Positions 1 to 12,419 of a DNA stretch of 44,070 nt are shown piece after piece. A model generated the notes under the pieces. The model had not been told where the DNA came from. It ran no database searches and worked only from the letters and a program-made list of their open reading frames with translations. The DNA is from Alloascoidea hylecoeti (taxonomy: Eukaryota): contig BCKZ01000018.1 of assembly GCA_001600815.1 (NCBI GenBank), positions 525,974 through 570,043 of the forward strand. The letters are read 5' to 3'. How positions within the stretch are numbered: the first letter of the stretch is position 1; the number at the start of each line of letters is the position of its first letter. Both the position numbers and the translations under genes were made by a program.

Positions 1-2
1 CC

Positions 3-1802
3 TTTATTAAAAGATTTACCAATATTAATCAATGTTTCTGTATTATAATGAACTCTATAAAACCCAGTTTGATTTAAATTAAGTTTAATAAAATCTTCAC
101 GCCTTATAGGTAATTCAATAGTTCTATCAAAAAATACTTGACGTTTAACACCTTTACTTTTTGTTTTAAAAGTTAAAGGAATTGCATAAATCTCATCATC
201 TTCATCTTTAATATGATCTTCATGACCAGTAATAAAACGATGTTGTGTTAAAACTAATTTATCATCAAATTGTTCAACATTAATAACTGGGAATCCTGGT
301 TTTGAAGCCCAAGATCTCATAAAAGTTTTTGTAATTGTATTTGAAGTTTGATCAATAATATTCCATAAATCAATTGGTTTTGCAGATTTATATCTAAATC
401 TATTTAAATAATTTGTTATACCTTTAAAGAATTTTTGAGGATGTTCTTCATATGGATCAGCTTCAATATAACTAGAAACCATTCTTAATAAACAAATCCC
501 TTTTCTATATGTAACTGCATTAAAAAGAGCTGGATTTCCTTCATTTGTGTTTAAGACGTTTTCAGATTGTATTGGTGAAGAATCAATACTAGCATCTGCT
601 ACAAAGGCGGCTTCCATATCTTCCATAAAAGCTACCCAAGGATCTTTACCAGATGGAAGAGTTTGTTTAGGCTTTAAATTTTTCTCTTCAATTATTTTAA
701 TTAAATAATTTGTGATAAAAGTTGATAATGATTCATTTAACCAAATTGAGTCCCACCAGTCAAAAGACACAAGATTACCAATCCATTGATGTACCATCTC
801 ATGTGAAATAATTTGCTTGATAGATAATTTGGTTGCTAAATCAGGTTCTTGATTTTTAATAGTTAATAAAGAACCATATTTAACAGTGATTAATCCCCAT
901 GTTTCAACAGCTCCATCATCAAGAAACATTGAGGCGACAATATCCAATTTTTGAAGAGGGTATCTAAGACCAAGTGTTTTTTCCATTGGTTCAAAAAGTT
1001 CAACAGCGGCTTCAAGTGCAACTGTACCACTAGTATCAGTCCCTTTTGGTCTATAAAGACGTATTGGAACTCTTGTATTTTTTGATTCTTCAAGATCAAA
1101 ATCACCAATTACAAAACCAAAAACATTAGTTGACATGATTGGAGTTGTATTAAAAGTAGTTCTTTTCATTGTTAAGCCTTTATTAACTAAATTATTTTCA
1201 TTTTGAATTATTTCTTCATTTTTAATTGTCATAACACTTAGTACGGTATGTTTTGAAGAAGTTGTTATAGAAATATCAAATTTAGCCTTAGCAGATGGCT
1301 CATCTATGCATGGAAATACAGTTCTTGCAAGGCATGGCTGCATATGAGTAGTCAAAACATAGCACAGCTCTCCGTCATTGGCACAAGTATAACTCGTTTT
1401 GAATAAACCAGGCGTAGGCATATTATCATTACTAACAAATGAAATTCTTGCAGTATAAGAGATTTTTAAATGTAATTGTGAATTGTAGTCAATTTTATGT
1501 TGAGGGTCTAGAGAAAGAGTAACCAATTGATTTGGTCTATCATATTTCACAGTAGCTTCAGCTTCAAAATTTGATTGAGATACGATGGCTTTTGAGATTA
1601 TCAGATCGCACGCGTGTAAAGTTATAGAGAAGCCACCCCGATGGGTACTAAGCCTAGGAATGAAGCCAAGGCGTTTTGTCAGAGAAATGTCTACTACTCC
1701 CGTGAAGGCAGACCTGGCAGGCTCAACATGAAGACAAAGCTTGTATAAAGTGGGGAGGAAAGGGCTTGTTAATGATAGTTTAGGAATAGGTTGAACTACC
1801 AT
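3..1802 (-). CDS. TMA108: M1-family zinc aminopeptidase, TMA108-like (3' end lies beyond the left edge of the window)
   Basis: Manual translation from ATG 1802 is open for 600 codons to the edge. It contains THMQPCLARTVFPCIDEP, YPLQKLD, GAVETWGL (GAMEN motif position), HEMVHQWIGNLVSFDWWDSIWLNE (HEXXH-X18-E) and TYRKG. Missing from the ORF track because no stop falls inside the window. Neighbourhood matches the TMA108/OM45/APJ1 block. Confidence 0.85.
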   Translation of the reverse strand, partial: MVVQPIPKLSLTSPFLPTLYKLCLHVEPARSAFTGVVDISLTKRLGFIPRLSTHRGGFSITLHACDLIISKAIVSQSNFEAEATVKYDRPNQLVTLSLDPQHKIDYNSQLHLKISYTARISFVSNDNMPTPGLFKTSYTCANDGELCYVLTTHMQPCLARTVFPCIDEPSAKAKFDISITTSSKHTVLSVMTIKNEEIIQNENNLVNKGLTMKRTTFNTTPIMSTNVFGFVIGDFDLEESKNTRVPIRLYRPKGTDTSGTVALEAAVELFEPMEKTLGLRYPLQKLDIVASMFLDDGAVETWGLITVKYGSLLTIKNQEPDLATKLSIKQIISHEMVHQWIGNLVSFDWWDSIWLNESLSTFITNYLIKIIEEKNLKPKQTLPSGKDPWVAFMEDMEAAFVADASIDSSPIQSENVLNTNEGNPALFNAVTYRKGICLLRMVSSYIEADPYEEHPQKFFKGITNYLNRFRYKSAKPIDLWNIIDQTSNTITKTFMRSWASKPGFPVINVEQFDDKLVLTQHRFITGHEDHIKDEDDEIYAIPLTFKTKSKGVKRQVFFDRTIELPIRREDFIKLNLNQTGFYRVHYNTETLINIGKSFNK

Positions 1803-2403
1803 ATTTATCTGATAGGGGAGAGAAGAAGGTAATTTTGGCGAGTCTGTTAAAGGAGCGACAGTGGTCAGAAGACGACAAAAGATGCGATAAACGAAATGTA
1901 GTAAAAGGTGGCTTGTTGTAGAACCAAAAGTTCTAATGTAGTCAATTTAATGAAAAGATAACCCAGAAAAGAAAGAAAGAAAGGTTGTATTAACCCTGGA
2001 GAACAGGTCAGGTGCTACTGCTTATGTACCTTCATTCAACTCTTTCTGTGGTAAAACTCCGCACTGAAAGATTTCTTTAGGTCGTCAGCCCAACTTTGCA
2101 CTCTGAATTGTTTCTCCCCCATCCTGGCGACCAACGGGGGTGCCGGGCACCTTTCGACCACAGGGTTATGTCCCAGGAGGGATTTAGGTTTCAATACTTG
2201 CATCGGCATGATTACGTAATGGGAAGTCATGTGAGGCCCATCGGCGTATGTGGTGCTCATATATACGCTCATCGGCAGCCGCTGGGCGTATGCGTGAGCA
2301 TCACGAGGGCTGTGGTCTTTGGATTCCAGCAACTTCCATAGAACTTCCAGTATGCATAGCATAGGAGCTAACATACTGATTTTTGTACATTTTTCACGTC
2401 CTT

Positions 2404-3681
2404 ATGTCGCAACAGTATCACCTTTATGATCTTCTAGGCGTATCACCGTACGCCTCTGAATCAGAGATCAAAAAAGCATATAGGATGAATGCTCTCAAAT
2501 TTCATCCTGATAAGAATAAAGGAAATCCAGAGGCTGCAGATAAATTCAAAGATATATCCAGAGCATATGAAGTCTTATCTGACCCGCAAAAGAGATCAAG
2601 ATATGATACTTATGGGGAAAGTGGTCTAAATGGAAATACCACTTCTGATTTTAATCAGCCATCAAATACCTACACAAGAATGGGCGCTGAAGATTTGTTT
2701 AGTCATTTCTTTGGTAATATGGGTCCATTTATGGATATGGATATGGATATGGGCATGGGCCATTCTTTCTTTTCAACCAGTTCATCTTCTTCACGGCAAC
2801 GAAGGGGCCCTCGAAAAGGTCAGAATATTAAACATAGACTCAAATGTACTCTTGAAGACTTATATAATGGAAAGAGTACAAAATTGGCATTGAATAGATC
2901 GGTTTTATGCTCATATTGTGAAGGATATGGCGGGAGAAAAAATGCTTTTAAAACCTGTATGGCTTGTAGTGGATCAGGTTTTAAACAGATAACAAAAATA
3001 CTTGGTCCTATAAATAAAACTTATCGAACGACCTGTACTATTTGTCATGGTAAAGGCATAAGTATACCAGAATTGGATAAATGCAAATATTGTTTTGGAC
3101 GAGGTGCAACTAAAGAACGGAAAATATTGGAAGTCATTATAGAAAAAGGTATGGAAGATGGTGATTTCCAATTATTTGGTAATGAAGGCGATCAATCTTT
3201 GGATTTTATAGCAGGGGATGTCATTGTATATGTTGAGGAACAAAAACATGCTTTTTTTCAACGTAGTCGGAATAATTTGTTTTATTCCACTAAAATTGGT
3301 CTATCAACAGCTTTAACTGGAGGAAGTTTCCCAATCCTACATCTTGATAATACCTATATTATGGTTAATATTTTACCCGGTGAAGTGATTCAACCTGGTT
3401 CAATGAAGATCATTAAAGGAAAAGGTATGCCTGTTAAAGGAACTTCTTATTTTGGTGATTTATATATAAGGTTTGATGTTCAATTCCCTGCTCCTAATTT
3501 TACTTCTGAAAGTAAACTTGCTGCTTTAGCTGAATTACTTCCACCTAAAAACCAATATAAATTACCTGATGGCGCATTAATTCAAGATGTTTTTGCGGAA
3601 CCAATAGATGTTAACGTTTCTAAAGTTGATGAGTTTTCTCCAGATAGGAGCGTAAATGGAGCACAATGTACCCAACAATAA
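2404..3681 (+). CDS. APJ1: Type I Hsp40/DnaJ chaperone, APJ1-like (YDJ1 family)
   Basis: J-domain with HPD, four CxxCxGxG zinc-finger repeats, [13 protein letters not shown] motif as in Apj1, C-terminal CaaX-like CTQQ. ATG 2404 ([15 protein letters not shown]) aligns with family N-termini; the ORF-track start is a TTG. Syntenic with MKS1/MLF3/MSK1. Confidence 0.8.
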   Translation: MSQQYHLYDLLGVSPYASESEIKKAYRMNALKFHPDKNKGNPEAADKFKDISRAYEVLSDPQKRSRYDTYGESGLNGNTTSDFNQPSNTYTRMGAEDLFSHFFGNMGPFMDMDMDMGMGHSFFSTSSSSSRQRRGPRKGQNIKHRLKCTLEDLYNGKSTKLALNRSVLCSYCEGYGGRKNAFKTCMACSGSGFKQITKILGPINKTYRTTCTICHGKGISIPELDKCKYCFGRGATKERKILEVIIEKGMEDGDFQLFGNEGDQSLDFIAGDVIVYVEEQKHAFFQRSRNNLFYSTKIGLSTALTGGSFPILHLDNTYIMVNILPGEVIQPGSMKIIKGKGMPVKGTSYFGDLYIRFDVQFPAPNFTSESKLAALAELLPPKNQYKLPDGALIQDVFAEPIDVNVSKVDEFSPDRSVNGAQCTQQ

Positions 3682-3795
3682 TGATACAGCATTTTCTTAG
3701 TTTTGGGAGCGGGTTCCAGTTATTTCTTTTTTAATTTGGTTTTATTTTATTTAAATATTTGTTCATGAACTTGATGATTTTTCGTTACTTTATTA

Positions 3796-4030
3796 TAACT
3801 ATATGAGTTTTTTTTTATTAATTTTGTATACAAATAGCATTGCTATTCAAACATGTTTTTTCTTTTGTTTTTTGTTGTTGATTGCACAGCGTTTAAGATT
3901 ACGACGACTTTGTAACTATATGGTTTTTTTTATTAGTTATGTGTTTAAGTAGATAGCATGCTATTTCAAGATGTTTTTTGTTTTGTTTTGTGTTGTTGAT
4001 TCCAGAGCGTTTAAGATTACGATGAGTACC
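3796..4030. repeat. Imperfect tandem duplication, unit about 118 bp, in the convergent 3' intergenic region
   Basis: taactatatg...atagca(t)tgctatt...tgttgttgatt.ca.agcgtttaagattacga occurs at about 3796-3912 and again at about 3913-4030. Confidence 0.8.
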
Positions 4031-4180
4031 ATACCAATATAGTATAATATTTATAAACAATATTTTTAGAATTACAAATTGCAATTGGCTTTTAATTTGT
4101 ACTAATTCATATATTATAATTAATTAACTAATGGAGAATTAATCGATACTATAATTAAGGGTTATATATTTTGTTGTTGT

Positions 4181-5044
4181 TTAATTGCCTTTAATCCATC
4201 TACCAAATCGAGATAAATAACTTTGACTTTTATCATTTGCAGTATCTAAACCATCTTTAGTTCCTTCAATTGCATCTAAACTAGCATCTTTAATATCAGA
4301 CTTAGCACTTCGTGCTATTTGTGCATTCTTTTCTCCTTGTTGATAATAATACTTCTTTCCGGCAGCAATCCTTTCATCAATATCTTCTTTTGTAGCATCA
4401 TAATATCTATTTCCAATCGTCTTTTGATTAATCCAATATTCTTCCGCTGCTTTTTTTCTATCATCTAATTCTTCTTGTGTTGCATTGGCAAATCTTCCAC
4501 CTTTATTTCTTAATTCATCAAGATAATCTTGGAAAGCATTTGATCTATCTTCTAGTTCTTCTTTAGAATAATTTACTAAATCTTTACCCTTTTGTTTTTG
4601 TTCTTCTGTATATTGGTTAAGCAATCTTCCTCTTTCATCAAGTTCATCCTTGGCATTTGAAAAAGTTCCAGTAACAGCATTCTTTGCTCTTATAACAGTA
4701 CCTTTCAAACCAGAAGCAGCTTCTTCAGTTTTATCTTTAACTTTAAGTGCACCTTCATCAACTTTTTTCCCAGCCCATTGTGCATTATGATTGGTACTAG
4801 TTGGATCATGTTGAGAAAAATAACCAGGTGTAACCTTATTCTTTATATCATCATAAGAATTGACAATCTTTTCACCAGCTTCATTTGCTTTCAAAGCAGC
4901 CTTTTCAGCAATTGAAGCTTGATCGAATTCTCTCTTAAGACGTGCTTCAACTCTTCTAGTATTTGTTGAGTTATAATAGTAAAGACCTCCGCCGCCAACA
5001 GCAACAGCTCCTAGTAAGACTTTAGTGTTTTTTGATAATGACAT
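4181..5044 (-). CDS. N-anchored hydrophilic helical-repeat protein, OM45/LEA-like (probable mitochondrial outer membrane)
   Basis: First ATG at 5044. Short hydrophobic anchor VLLGAVAVGGGGLYYY flanked by basic residues, then K/E/A/D-rich amphipathic repeats. Lies near the TMA108-like gene, as OM45 does in S. cerevisiae. Confidence 0.65.
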   Translation of the reverse strand: MSLSKNTKVLLGAVAVGGGGLYYYNSTNTRRVEARLKREFDQASIAEKAALKANEAGEKIVNSYDDIKNKVTPGYFSQHDPTSTNHNAQWAGKKVDEGALKVKDKTEEAASGLKGTVIRAKNAVTGTFSNAKDELDERGRLLNQYTEEQKQKGKDLVNYSKEELEDRSNAFQDYLDELRNKGGRFANATQEELDDRKKAAEEYWINQKTIGNRYYDATKEDIDERIAAGKKYYYQQGEKNAQIARSAKSDIKDASLDAIEGTKDGLDTANDKSQSYLSRFGRWIKGN

Positions 5045-6146
5045 TGTGTTTTTATAGTATTGTAATTTTGATTTTGATAGATATAAATTGTTTCCAAAGA
5101 GCGAAAGCAAGGACTATTTATATAGTTATAATATGAATAGCAATTGATTAATATTGATTGTGTCATGCCATATTCAGATAGACAGTATGTATATGACGAC
5201 ACGCACCCCAATTGACTTAAGCTTTCTTAATACTTAGCCCAATGCCATGTTAACAAAGAAAAGATTTAAAGTAATTATTCTATGCACCATGACATATTCT
5301 TCAAAGTTGGAGACCATTGCTCTCACTAATTAAACAGAGCAACTACCATTAACATTCTAGAATACATATGGTGGTACCACATGCTACTGTTAACTTACAT
5401 GAATAACCTCAAAAGTTTCACTAACATTTGATTTAATTGTTAATATATTGATTTCAAAGTTTTGTTTTCTCTCTTTCATTTTTAAATCTTTCCAATTTAT
5501 GGTACCACAGATGTATTTTGTTTTGAATATTAGTTGTACCAGTAGCCAGATCTCAGGATCAATCTTGGAAAGATTTTGTCCTTTTTTCCCTTTAGTTAGT
5601 GAAAACGCTATTGCAACTGCGCAATCTAAATATGAATGGATACCGAATACTGAATCATTAAATTTAAAACGGATGGCTACTCCATATAAAGCTTTACTCC
5701 AGTTTTAATACAGCTATCCAGAGTTCCCAGCTAATCTCACAACTTAATCCAGATATATCACTCATAAAATGAAGAAATAATAGTACCATAAGTCAAAGAT
5801 AATTTGGGTGGATCTAGTTGGAACTTGTAAGTAAATGCAAAAATTAATATTCGTTACTGTAAGGAACGGGAGTGAAGATTTAACTCTTACTTACTAATAA
5901 TAAATCTCCAAAACAACGAAATAGATTGATGTTTTTGCCGAAATTATGCAACCATACATGTTGCCTAGACAACTACACGTAAACATTTTCAGTTTTATAT
6001 AATTTATCAACTGCTTCAACTCCTTTCTCTTCTAACAGCATTTCTTTATTGAAGCCGATTTTTCTCGTGGTGCCCTTTTTGTTTATTGTCTAGATTCCAC
6101 AATTTTTGTTGTTAAGAAATTTGTACTTCCCCTGGCTTTGCGTACG

Positions 6147-6176
6147 ACGCGTCTGATTAAATACCCATATATAAAA
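6147..6176 (+). promoter_or_regulatory. MCB element (ACGCGT, 6147-6152) and TATA-like box upstream of TOP2
   Basis: ACGCGT and ATATATAAAA lie directly upstream of the TOP2 start region. Confidence 0.5.
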
Positions 6177-6317
6177 GAAACAACTAGTATAAATCAAATG
6201 GTAAGCTTGGTGGACTCTTCAATCGATAGATTACTTTCCACTGCTTCCAGAAAATCAAAGACTACTAAGACTAAGAGATCTACTCCATTGGTGGATACAG
6301 GAAATAAAATTAACGAA

Positions 6318-9300
6318 ATGTCTTATGTTATAAGTGATGATGAAGAAGGTATTTTTGCAAGCGATGATAATATCGAAGAAGATGAAGATGAATATGAAGA
6401 TGAGTACGGAGATGAAAATGCTAAGCCCAAACCAAAGGGAAAGCCAAAACCTACTAAGGCTACTAAAACTAAAGCCAAGACTACAACTGTGAAGAAATCA
6501 AGCGCTAAATCAACGAGATCTCCATCTCCAAATGTTTTTGAAGAACCAAAACCCACAGCGAAAAGTGGTAACAAATCCGCGTCTGAACAATACCAAAAGT
6601 TAACCCCATTGCAGCATATTCTCCAAAGACCAGATACTGTATGTTATTTTCAATTTCATTGTATCATTTATTTGTAACTAACTGAATATTTTAGTATGTC
6701 GGATCTGTGGAAAGAGCTGAGATGAATATGTGGGTTTATGATGAAGAATCATCTTCAATGGTATTCAAGTAAGCCTTTTTATTTTTCATGCTAAGATTTT
6801 AAACATTTACGTTAATACTAATCCTTTTTTTTTTTTTTTTTTTTCAATTAAAGACCTATTCATATAGTTCCAGGTTTATTTAAAATTTTCGATGAAATTT
6901 TAGTCAATGCTGCGGATAACAAAGCCCGTGATCCTTCTATGAAATCTATTAAAGTTACAATAAATCCCGAAAAAAACTTAATTGAAGTTATGAATGATGG
7001 TCGTGGTATTCCTGTTGAAATCCATACAAAGGAAAAAATTTATATTCCTGAATTGATTTTTGGAAATTTATTAACATCAAGTAATTATGATGATGATGAA
7101 AAAAAAGTTACTGGTGGTAGAAATGGTTATGGTGCTAAATTATGTAATATTTTTTCTAATGAATTTACTGTTGAAACTGCCGATAAAGCAAATGGTAAAA
7201 TTTATAAACAAACATGGTCAAATAATATGTCTAAAGTTGGAAAACCTAAGATTACCCAAATGAAAAAGGCAACTGAATATACAAAAATTTCATTTAAACC
7301 CGATTTAAGACATTTTGGTATGACTGAACTTGATGAAGATATCTTAGGTGTTTTAAGAAGAAGAGTTTATGATGTAGCAGGATCTGTTAAAGATGTTGCT
7401 GTTTATCTTAATGGAACACGCTTAAAAATCAGAAACTTTAAAAGCTATGTTGATTTATTTGTTAAAGCACTAGAAAGAAATAAAAATGATGATGATGCTC
7501 TTGTTAAAAAACCAACTGTTGTTTATGAAAGAATTGGTGAAAGATGGGAAGTTGCTTTTGCTATATCTGATGGTGGATTTTCTCAGGTTTCATTTGTTAA
7601 TAGTATTGCAACAACTTCTGGAGGTACTCATGTTACTAATGTAGCTGATCAGATTGTTGCAAAAATTCAGCAAACTCTCACAAAGAAAAATAAAGGTGCA
7701 ATTATTAAACCTGCTCAAATTAGAAATAATTTGTTTTTATTTGTTAATTGTTTGATTGAAAATCCGGCATTTACTTCACAAACTAAAGAACATATGACAA
7801 CTAGACCTTCTGATTTTGGTTCTAGATGCCAAATTCCAGATACTTTAATTCAACAAATATTAAAGACAGATCTTACTTCAATTATCATGGATAAATCAAG
7901 GCAGAATGCCGATAAAGAGTTGGGAAAGACCGATGGTGCAAAACGTAGTAGAATTACTGGTATATTGAAATTAGATGATGCCAATAAAGCAGGAACTAGG
8001 GAATCCCATAAATGTACTTTGATTTTAACAGAGGGAGATTCCGCTAAGTCTATAGCGGTAGCTGGTCTAGCAGTTGTTGGAAGAGATTATTATGGTGTCT
8101 TTCCATTAAGAGGTAAAATGTTGAATGTTCGTGATGCTGGTCATGAACAAATTGCAAAAAATGTTGAAATTCAAGCCATCAAAAAGATTATGGGATTTAA
8201 ACATAAAAAACTTTATACAGATGTGAAAGATTTAAGATATGGTAAGATTATGATCATGACAGATCAAGATTATGATGGTAGTCATATCAAAGGTTTAATT
8301 ATCAACTTTATTGAAACATCATTCCCAGGGTTATTACAAATACCTGGATTCTTGATTGAATTTATCACTCCAATTGTGAAGGTCTTTGTTCAAGGAAGGA
8401 AAAAAGAGATTATATCTTTTTATACCATGCCTGAATTTGAAACCTGGGTTTCGCAAAATGGTAAGACATGCACCTGGACTCATAAGTACTACAAAGGTTT
8501 GGGTACTTCATCACCAGTTGAAGGTCGTGAATATTTTGCTGCTCTAGAAAGACACATGAAAGAATTCAAAATTTTGGAAAATAGTGAAAGAAATTTAATT
8601 GATTTGGCATTTTCTAAAAAACGTGCTGATGATAGAAAAGAATGGCTTAAAAACTTTGAACCTGGAACCTTTTTGGATAGTACTTTAAAAATCGTTCCAA
8701 TTGGAGAATTCATTGACAAAGAATTGATTCTGTTCTCAATGGCTGATAATGTTAGATCTATTCCTTCTGTATTGGATGGGTTAAAACCAGCCCAGAGAAA
8801 AGTCCTGTTTGGTTGTTATAAACTTAATGCAAAAGAACATAAAGTTAGTGATTTGGCTGGTAAAATTTCAAGTTCTACAGAATATCATCATGGTGATGCC
8901 TCCTTGATTCAGACAATTGTAGCTCTTGCGCAAGATTTTGTTGGAACTAATAACATTTATATCATGCAACCAAAGGGAAGTTTTGGTACCAGAGCCGTTG
9001 GTGGTAAGGATGCTTCAGCTGCTAGGTATATTTTCACGGCTCTTTCAAGTATCACGAAAACTATATATAATAGAAATGATGACCCTATATTAACGTACCA
9101 ACAAGATGATGGTAAACCAATTGAGCCTGTTAATTATGTTCCTATTATTCCTATGGTTTTAGTTAATGGAGCTGAAGGTATCGGTACTGGTTACAGCACA
9201 AGTATTCCATCCTTTCATCCATTAGATTTAGTCAAGAATATTAGGCGTCTAATGGATGGTTCTGAATTGGAGGAAATGGCACCTTGGTACCGTGGTTGGG

Positions 9301-11147
9301 AAGGTCATATGGAGAAAGTTTCGCACAACAGGTATATTGCTCATGGTATAATCACACAGGTTGATGACAATACGTTAGAAATTACCGAGTTGCCTGTAAA
9401 AACTTGGACTATCAATATGAAACAATTTTTAATGGAAGCTATGACTGGGACGGATAAAGAAAGAGCATGGATTAAGGATATGACTGAACAACATGGTATT
9501 GGTATTAGATTTGTTATTACATTATCTGACGAAGAAATGAAGAAAACCTTATCGATAGGCCTTGAAGAGAGGTTTAAGCTCACTTCTACGATTAATCTAT
9601 CTAATATGATTGCTTTTGATAGAAACACTAAACTAAAGAAATATGACACAGCAGAAGATATTCTCAAGGAATTTTATTATGTTAGATTAGAATATTATCA
9701 AAAGAGAAAAGATTATATGGCAGGTAACTTCAAAAATCAACTAGATAGGTTGTCAGCACAAGCTAGATTCATCAAGCTCATCCTTGATAAGAAACTTACT
9801 GTGAATAATAGAAAAAAGGCCGAAGTGATAAATGAACTTCTGAAATTGAATTTCCCTTTATTCAAGAAAGATGGAACGCCAGTTGCATATGATGACTTAA
9901 TAAAGAAGGAGGAGGACGATGAAGAAGATGCTGAAGAATTATCAGCAGAGGAAGAAGATATAAAGACGCCCCTCACTTTGGCTGGATCTTATGATTATCT
10001 TTTAGCAATGCCGATTATGTCTTTGACTCGCGAAAGGTACGAAAAGTTAATGAAACAGCGTGATAGTAAGGAAGAGGAATTAGCAATTCTTCTAGGCTTT
10101 ACACCAAAAGATTTATGGAGACAAGATTTAGATGTGTTTGAAATTGAATGGGAGAAATTTGTAGAGGAGGATGAAGCAAAGCGAACATTAGATACCAGTC
10201 ATCTAGCTCAGGGCCGCAAGAAAAACCAAAGAAAAAGGGTCAAAAAAGAGGAGGATGACGAGTTTGTTCCGGGTGCAGCTAAAAAGAGAAAAGCAATTAC
10301 ATCAAAAATTGTTGCCACTAAGGGAAAATTAAAGCGAGAAGACTCCACAGATGATAGCTCGACAACTACGCTACAGAAGCAAAAACCCTCAGCTTCGTCA
10401 AAAACCTATATTGGCAAAGGTACCAAAAAGACCATTAATGAGTTTACAGAATTTACTGGAAAAACATTCTCACCTCTCAAAAAATCAAGGGATGCAGATG
10501 TGCATGATTTAGATGCAGACGAATTAGAGAATAGTTTTGAGAATATCTTTGGCTCTTTCAATGCACTTACTTCCAAAACCAGCTTGAAAACATCCACTAA
10601 ACCGAAAGTGGAAAGTAAGAAAACTGATAGTCTTTTTGTGTCTAGATTTGGTGGAGATCCTATTGATTTAGACTCTGATAGTGAAATGGAAGATATTCTA
10701 CCTGGAAAGAAAAAGACTACATCTACTCCAAAAATTTTAAAGCAAACAACTATCCGCGCTGCCCCTCCAAAACGAAAATCTGTTTTTGATGACGAAGAAG
10801 AAGATGATAACTCTAATGCTAGTGTTTCGCCTCCTCCCAAGAAAGCAAATACTTCTACTCGTACGAGTAAAGCAGTTTTCAATGGAAAATCATCAGCAAA
10901 GTCGAAGCCAACGATCAAAAAAAGAGAGCCTCCTAAAATTGTGGAATTAAGTGACGTGGAGGATAAAGAAGAAAGTGAGTTTGATGATGAAGAAAGCGAA
11001 ATCATAGTACCCAAATCTAGAGCTCGAAGTACCAGAGCAAAAAAACAAGTGAAGTATGATTTTGAAGAAGATGATGATGAGGAGGACGAGGAGCCTGAAA
11101 GTTTTGTCTCTGCTGAAGAAGAAGATGACGATGAATTTGAATTGTAA
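6318..11147 (+). CDS. TOP2: DNA topoisomerase II; exons 6318-6638, 6695-6768, 6854-11147 (alternative in-frame start 6198)
   Basis: Spliced product reads YQKLTPLQHILQRPDT|YVGSVE...MVFK|PIHIVPGLFKIFDEILVNAADNK, followed by GGRNGYGAK, LILTEGDSAK, PLRGKMLN, IMTDQDYDGSHI and the catalytic SAARYIFT. Confidence 0.97.
6639..6694 (+). other. TOP2 spliceosomal intron 1 (56 nt)
   Basis: GTATGT donor, AACTAAC branch, TAG acceptor; removal restores the conserved RPDTYVGS. Confidence 0.92.
6769..6853 (+). other. TOP2 spliceosomal intron 2 (85 nt, AAG acceptor)
   Basis: GTAAGC donor, TACTAAT branch, long poly-T, AAG acceptor; removal restores the frame into IVPGLFKIFDEILVNAADN. Confidence 0.88.
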
Positions 11148-12419
11148 TACTTTATTGTATTATTTATAAAACTATAGCTAGTATAATTTTTAGATATGTG
11201 TGATACCTTTATAATGTTTTTATTTTATTTATTTAATCTGTTACAGTAGAAGTCCTAGGGTTCCGTATACGTTTAAATACAGACGCGCACGCCAATATTC
11301 CAAGATGATAAAGACATTAGAGATTCAGAAACATAAATAGTTGATATCAATATTAAAAGGAAGAGAGATTTTTCGAGCTCACCTGAAAATATAATCAAAT
11401 TTAATGATCCAGACCGTAACCAATACAATGAAAGAAATGGGTTTAAAATCAAATTATTTAGATACAGCTAAAAATCAATTAATATATAATAAATTCTTAT
11501 TGTTTAGCATATGTTGAATTTGATTATACGTGATATTCTAATAAAATTCAAAATCCTGATTGCAGATAGAATCTTATCGTTTTTCAGATCAACTGATTAT
11601 GAAAACAAAAAAAAAATATCTAAATTTCCATTCAAATAATGTAGATAATATCTTCAATAGTACTATTATAGAAGAGTATTTACAACAAAATATAATTCAA
11701 AAATGTTTTTCAGATATAAATTCTGACGAGTGTAAAACAAAAATAAGAGCTTGTTTAGTGAAATGGGCCTTTAAACAGTATGAAGTGGATACTCAAAAAT
11801 CTTTATTAACGGGATTAATTACATATATTCCGTTAACTGCAAATCGAGGTATTCATTAATATTACTTATTGGAATAAATTACACTTACACTATTATAATA
11901 GCAAAATATTTTACTTTCTTTTTTTTTTTTTTTTTTTCACTAAATGAAGTAAACAATCTGAAGTCAATGTTACTTCTTCACCATGTGAATCTAAATAGGT
12001 TCAATCTGTTTCAATTGTTTCTTCAGTTATACTAGCACAACTTATCAAAATTGAATTATTTTTTAGAAAATGAATTCCAAAAACATCGGTTTCATTAATG
12101 GACTTGAGGGCTCTATTTGATATTTTATCTAAAGACTTTAAATGGTTATGGGTTGGTCTATATCAACTAAAACAGTCCAAAACAACACTAGATGAATTTA
12201 AGGGGTTAAGTATTATTTGTATGGTAAACGAGATGTATGGATGTAGCAAACCACATAACTAATTTTTGGTATATAACAAAGATTTTTGAAAACTGTGTAA
12301 ATAAATACTGATATATATAGATTGTAATTATAAGTACTATTACATATACTAATTACAACCTTAAGGTAAATCTTAATTTTGATTCTTGAGCTCGTTCTGT
12401 AATTATGTCATTACAGATT

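Noticed and set aside
2036..2374. ORFs 2036-2374(-) and 2096-2341(+), or an ncRNA in this GC-rich stretch
   Set aside because: Non-ATG or weak starts and no motifs; no RNase P/MRP, SRP or snRNA signatures found. Explained as the GC-rich TMA108/APJ1 promoter.
8489..11014. Antisense ORFs within TOP2 (and similar ones within TAO3, MKS1, MLF3 and MSK1)
   Set aside because: Shadow ORFs produced by codon bias of the real genes.
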